Under the pieces are notes generated by a model. That model searched no databases, was not told the origin of the DNA, and saw only the letters and a list, made by a program, of their open reading frames with translations. A DNA stretch of 64,000 nt from Basidiobolus meristosporus CBS 931.73 (taxonomy: Eukaryota > Fungi > Basidiobolomycota). The first letter of the stretch is position 1. Each line of letters begins with the position of its first letter. The stretch lies in NCBI GenBank assembly GCA_002104905.1, contig MCFE01000280.1:39821-103820 (forward strand), written 5' to 3'. Shown here piece by piece: positions 62,301-64,000 of the stretch. The translations under genes were made by a program, and so were the position numbers.

Positions 62301-64000
62301 TCTTCTCCCCAGATAAATGGGGTATTCTTTCTCTGTAGTCGGTAGATTGGTTCTGCTATCTCAGAAAATCTTGGGATCCAGATCCTAAAGAACCCACAAG
62401 CTGCCACAAAGCCACGAGCTTGTGTTAGATTTGTGGGGGTAGGCCAGTTGCATATCTTTTGTGTCTTGGAATCTCCAGGTGAGCAACCAAAGGTGTTGCA
62501 TTTTTGTCCAACAATGGATATCTCTGATACACCAAAGCTGCTTTTCTCACCACTGATGGTGAGTCCAGCTTCTTCAATGGCTCCTAATATGGCATCATTG
62601 TCTGCAATATGGTCATAGACAAACTTTCTTACTCCAGGCATAACTTCAGTGGTGTCCTGGAATTTTGATCCTTTGATGCCTATGTTGTCCACAAAGACAG
62701 CAAGTTTCTCAGGTATAAACTGATACAGCACATTTACCATGCATCTCTGGAACTGAGCCACGGAGTTTGTAGCCCCTTGACTGAGTCTTGTCATCCTTAA
62801 CAGTCCAAATGGTGTCTGTAGTGCAAACATATCTCTTGATGTCTCATCAAGGGGGATCTGGTCATATCCTGAGTAGAGATCATATGTTGAGTAGATGGAG
62901 TGGCCACTAAAGCTTTCTGCAAAGTCATCAATAGATGGAGGTATAGAAGCATCTCTGATAGTGACAGCATTTGCAGGTTGCATGTCTTGAATGAATCGGA
63001 GCTTTCCATTCTTCTTTTTGGTCACAAACCATCTGTTAGCATAGGGCCCATGGCATGGTTCTAGGATACCAGCTTCTATCTTCTTCTTAAGTAGGTCATG
63101 CACATCAGCTTGGAGTCCTCTGGGCAGTGGGTAAGGCTTATATGACCAGGGTGTGTGGGGCACTGTATGAATCTTGATGGGTTTTTCAACCAATGTCTTT
63201 AAGAGTCCCATCTCCTTGTCATTATATGAGAAGACCTTATCATGCCTTTTCAAGGTCTCCTTAAATAATAGTATCTCCTCTGGTGTTAGGTTTCCATCAC
63301 CAATGATAAGTTGCTTAAGTCTCTCAGGTGTAAGTCGTATATCTTCTGGTGTTTCTTCTGGTGGTCTAATGTAATCAGCAGGTCAAGATCCATCAGTCAA
63401 TGGGGTAAGTGATGGTCTAATCTTCTGTTCTACTGTCTTGTATTTTGTTTGAACCATAGCTGTTTGCTCCTGTATACCTAATGAGCAGCTCCAAATGTTG
63501 GGGTGTATATTGTCCGGCTCTTCATCTTCTTCCATAACAAGATGTGCCTTCTGGCAAGCAGTATGTGTCCTCTTATTGTTGGGTGTTACACCACAGAAGG
63601 TTGACTGTAGTCCTGGATTGGATCCTTGTATGGTGTACCATACTGACCCATCGGAATAGTTGGTAGTTGTAGCCTTAGTACTGGTTTCCCATGGTCTACC
63701 TAGCAGAAGGTCAAAGTTTGCCTTCTGGCAGATGAAGAGGGGAAGCCAGACCTTGATTCCTTGTACCCTCAATAGGGAACTTGTGCACTACACCGTAGAG
63801 TGGACTAGATCCTGAGTTTGCATCAGTCCATGTTCCATCCCAATATCTCTATCAACAGGCAGTAAGCTCTTGCTTCTAAGTGTCTTCCAGAAGTCTAGTG
63901 GCATAACACAAATCTCTGAGCCACTGTCAATATGGCAGTCCAACAGGGTCATCATATATATACCCTTTCACCACAGCAGTTGCAACTGAGTAAAAGGTCT
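59378..64000 (-). mobile_element. Ty3/Gypsy family B (fungal non-chromovirus type): 3' LTR 59378-60448, PPT 60449-60463, IN, RH, RT, PR; continues past the window
   Basis: PPT GAGAGGGGGGTGGA. Protease IDSGSEICVM/FDLLLGRPW; RT PYANRWF, DLYSGYDQ, LRMTRLSQGATNS; RNase H TVDAS; integrase HxxxGHRG, CVACQ, GIDLV, YHPQANG. Few lesions. Confidence 0.96.
61268..63253 (-). CDS. Gypsy pol segment (RT, RNase H, integrase zinc finger), bounded by premature TGA stops
   Basis: 661-aa open segment of the pol frame. Confidence 0.9.
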   Translation of the reverse strand: MKRHDKVFSYNDKEMGLLKTLVEKPIKIHTVPHTPWSYKPYPLPRGLQADVHDLLKKKIEAGILEPCHGPYANRWFVTKKKNGKLRFIQDMQPANAVTIRDASIPPSIDDFAESFSGHSIYSTYDLYSGYDQIPLDETSRDMFALQTPFGLLRMTRLSQGATNSVAQFQRCMVNVLYQFIPEKLAVFVDNIGIKGSKFQDTTEVMPGVRKFVYDHIADNDAILGAIEEAGLTISGEKSSFGVSEISIVGQKCNTFGCSPGDSKTQKICNWPTPTNLTQARGFVAACGFFRIWIPRFSEIAEPIYRLQRKNTPFIWGEEQEEAMQLLKEALVSPPVLRPLDYQNTKCPPILTVDASPIGAGALLGQDDEDGNRYACRYESCLFSPREQRYSQIKRELLGVVKMLRKLKSQLYMTHFILETDAKPLIGMINKPDLSDDATNQWMAWLKMFDFEVRHIPGKTNVVADALSRKGPQLFEDLDPHFDDIIDAEIQQIAIKDQERTTWSLIKEYLRTLKKPSWMDIQEFRKLRKKAHHYYLKDDLLFKRVKPGLMPRRVVTTPQEQLNIMTSIHQGEPGGHRGREATYNTTAQRYYWENMYYDIQHFVESCVACQKRSSKRYEEPLHPTYTVCLWQKVGIDLVHMPTAGSKKYLIVARDDLSGWAEA

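Overview
Eukaryotic (fungal, probably early-diverging) genomic DNA. The only host gene is the 3' part of an NCS2/NAT-family purine permease (2-718), in CpG-rich sequence. From about 2.4 kb onward the window is a CpG-depleted field of nested, mostly decayed transposons. These include two Ty1/Copia families, three Ty3/Gypsy families, solo LTRs with target-site duplications (TSDs), CACTA/EnSpm relics, and a PIF/Harbinger-superfamily element (22484-25901) with an intact DDE transposase plus a 730-bp fold-back MITE sharing its termini. The most notable signal is a probable endogenised giant-virus (Nucleocytoviricota-like) fragment at about 21.4-27.9 kb. It holds a decayed, unusually compact RNA polymerase second-largest-subunit N-terminus in a minus-strand frame missed by the ORF track, an unknown gene split by the DNA transposon, and a decayed early transcription factor large subunit (VETF-L/A7-like). 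A Gypsy element also carries a reconstructable 369-codon extra ORF between integrase and its 3' LTR. All identifications are by-eye motif recognition; no database searches were run.
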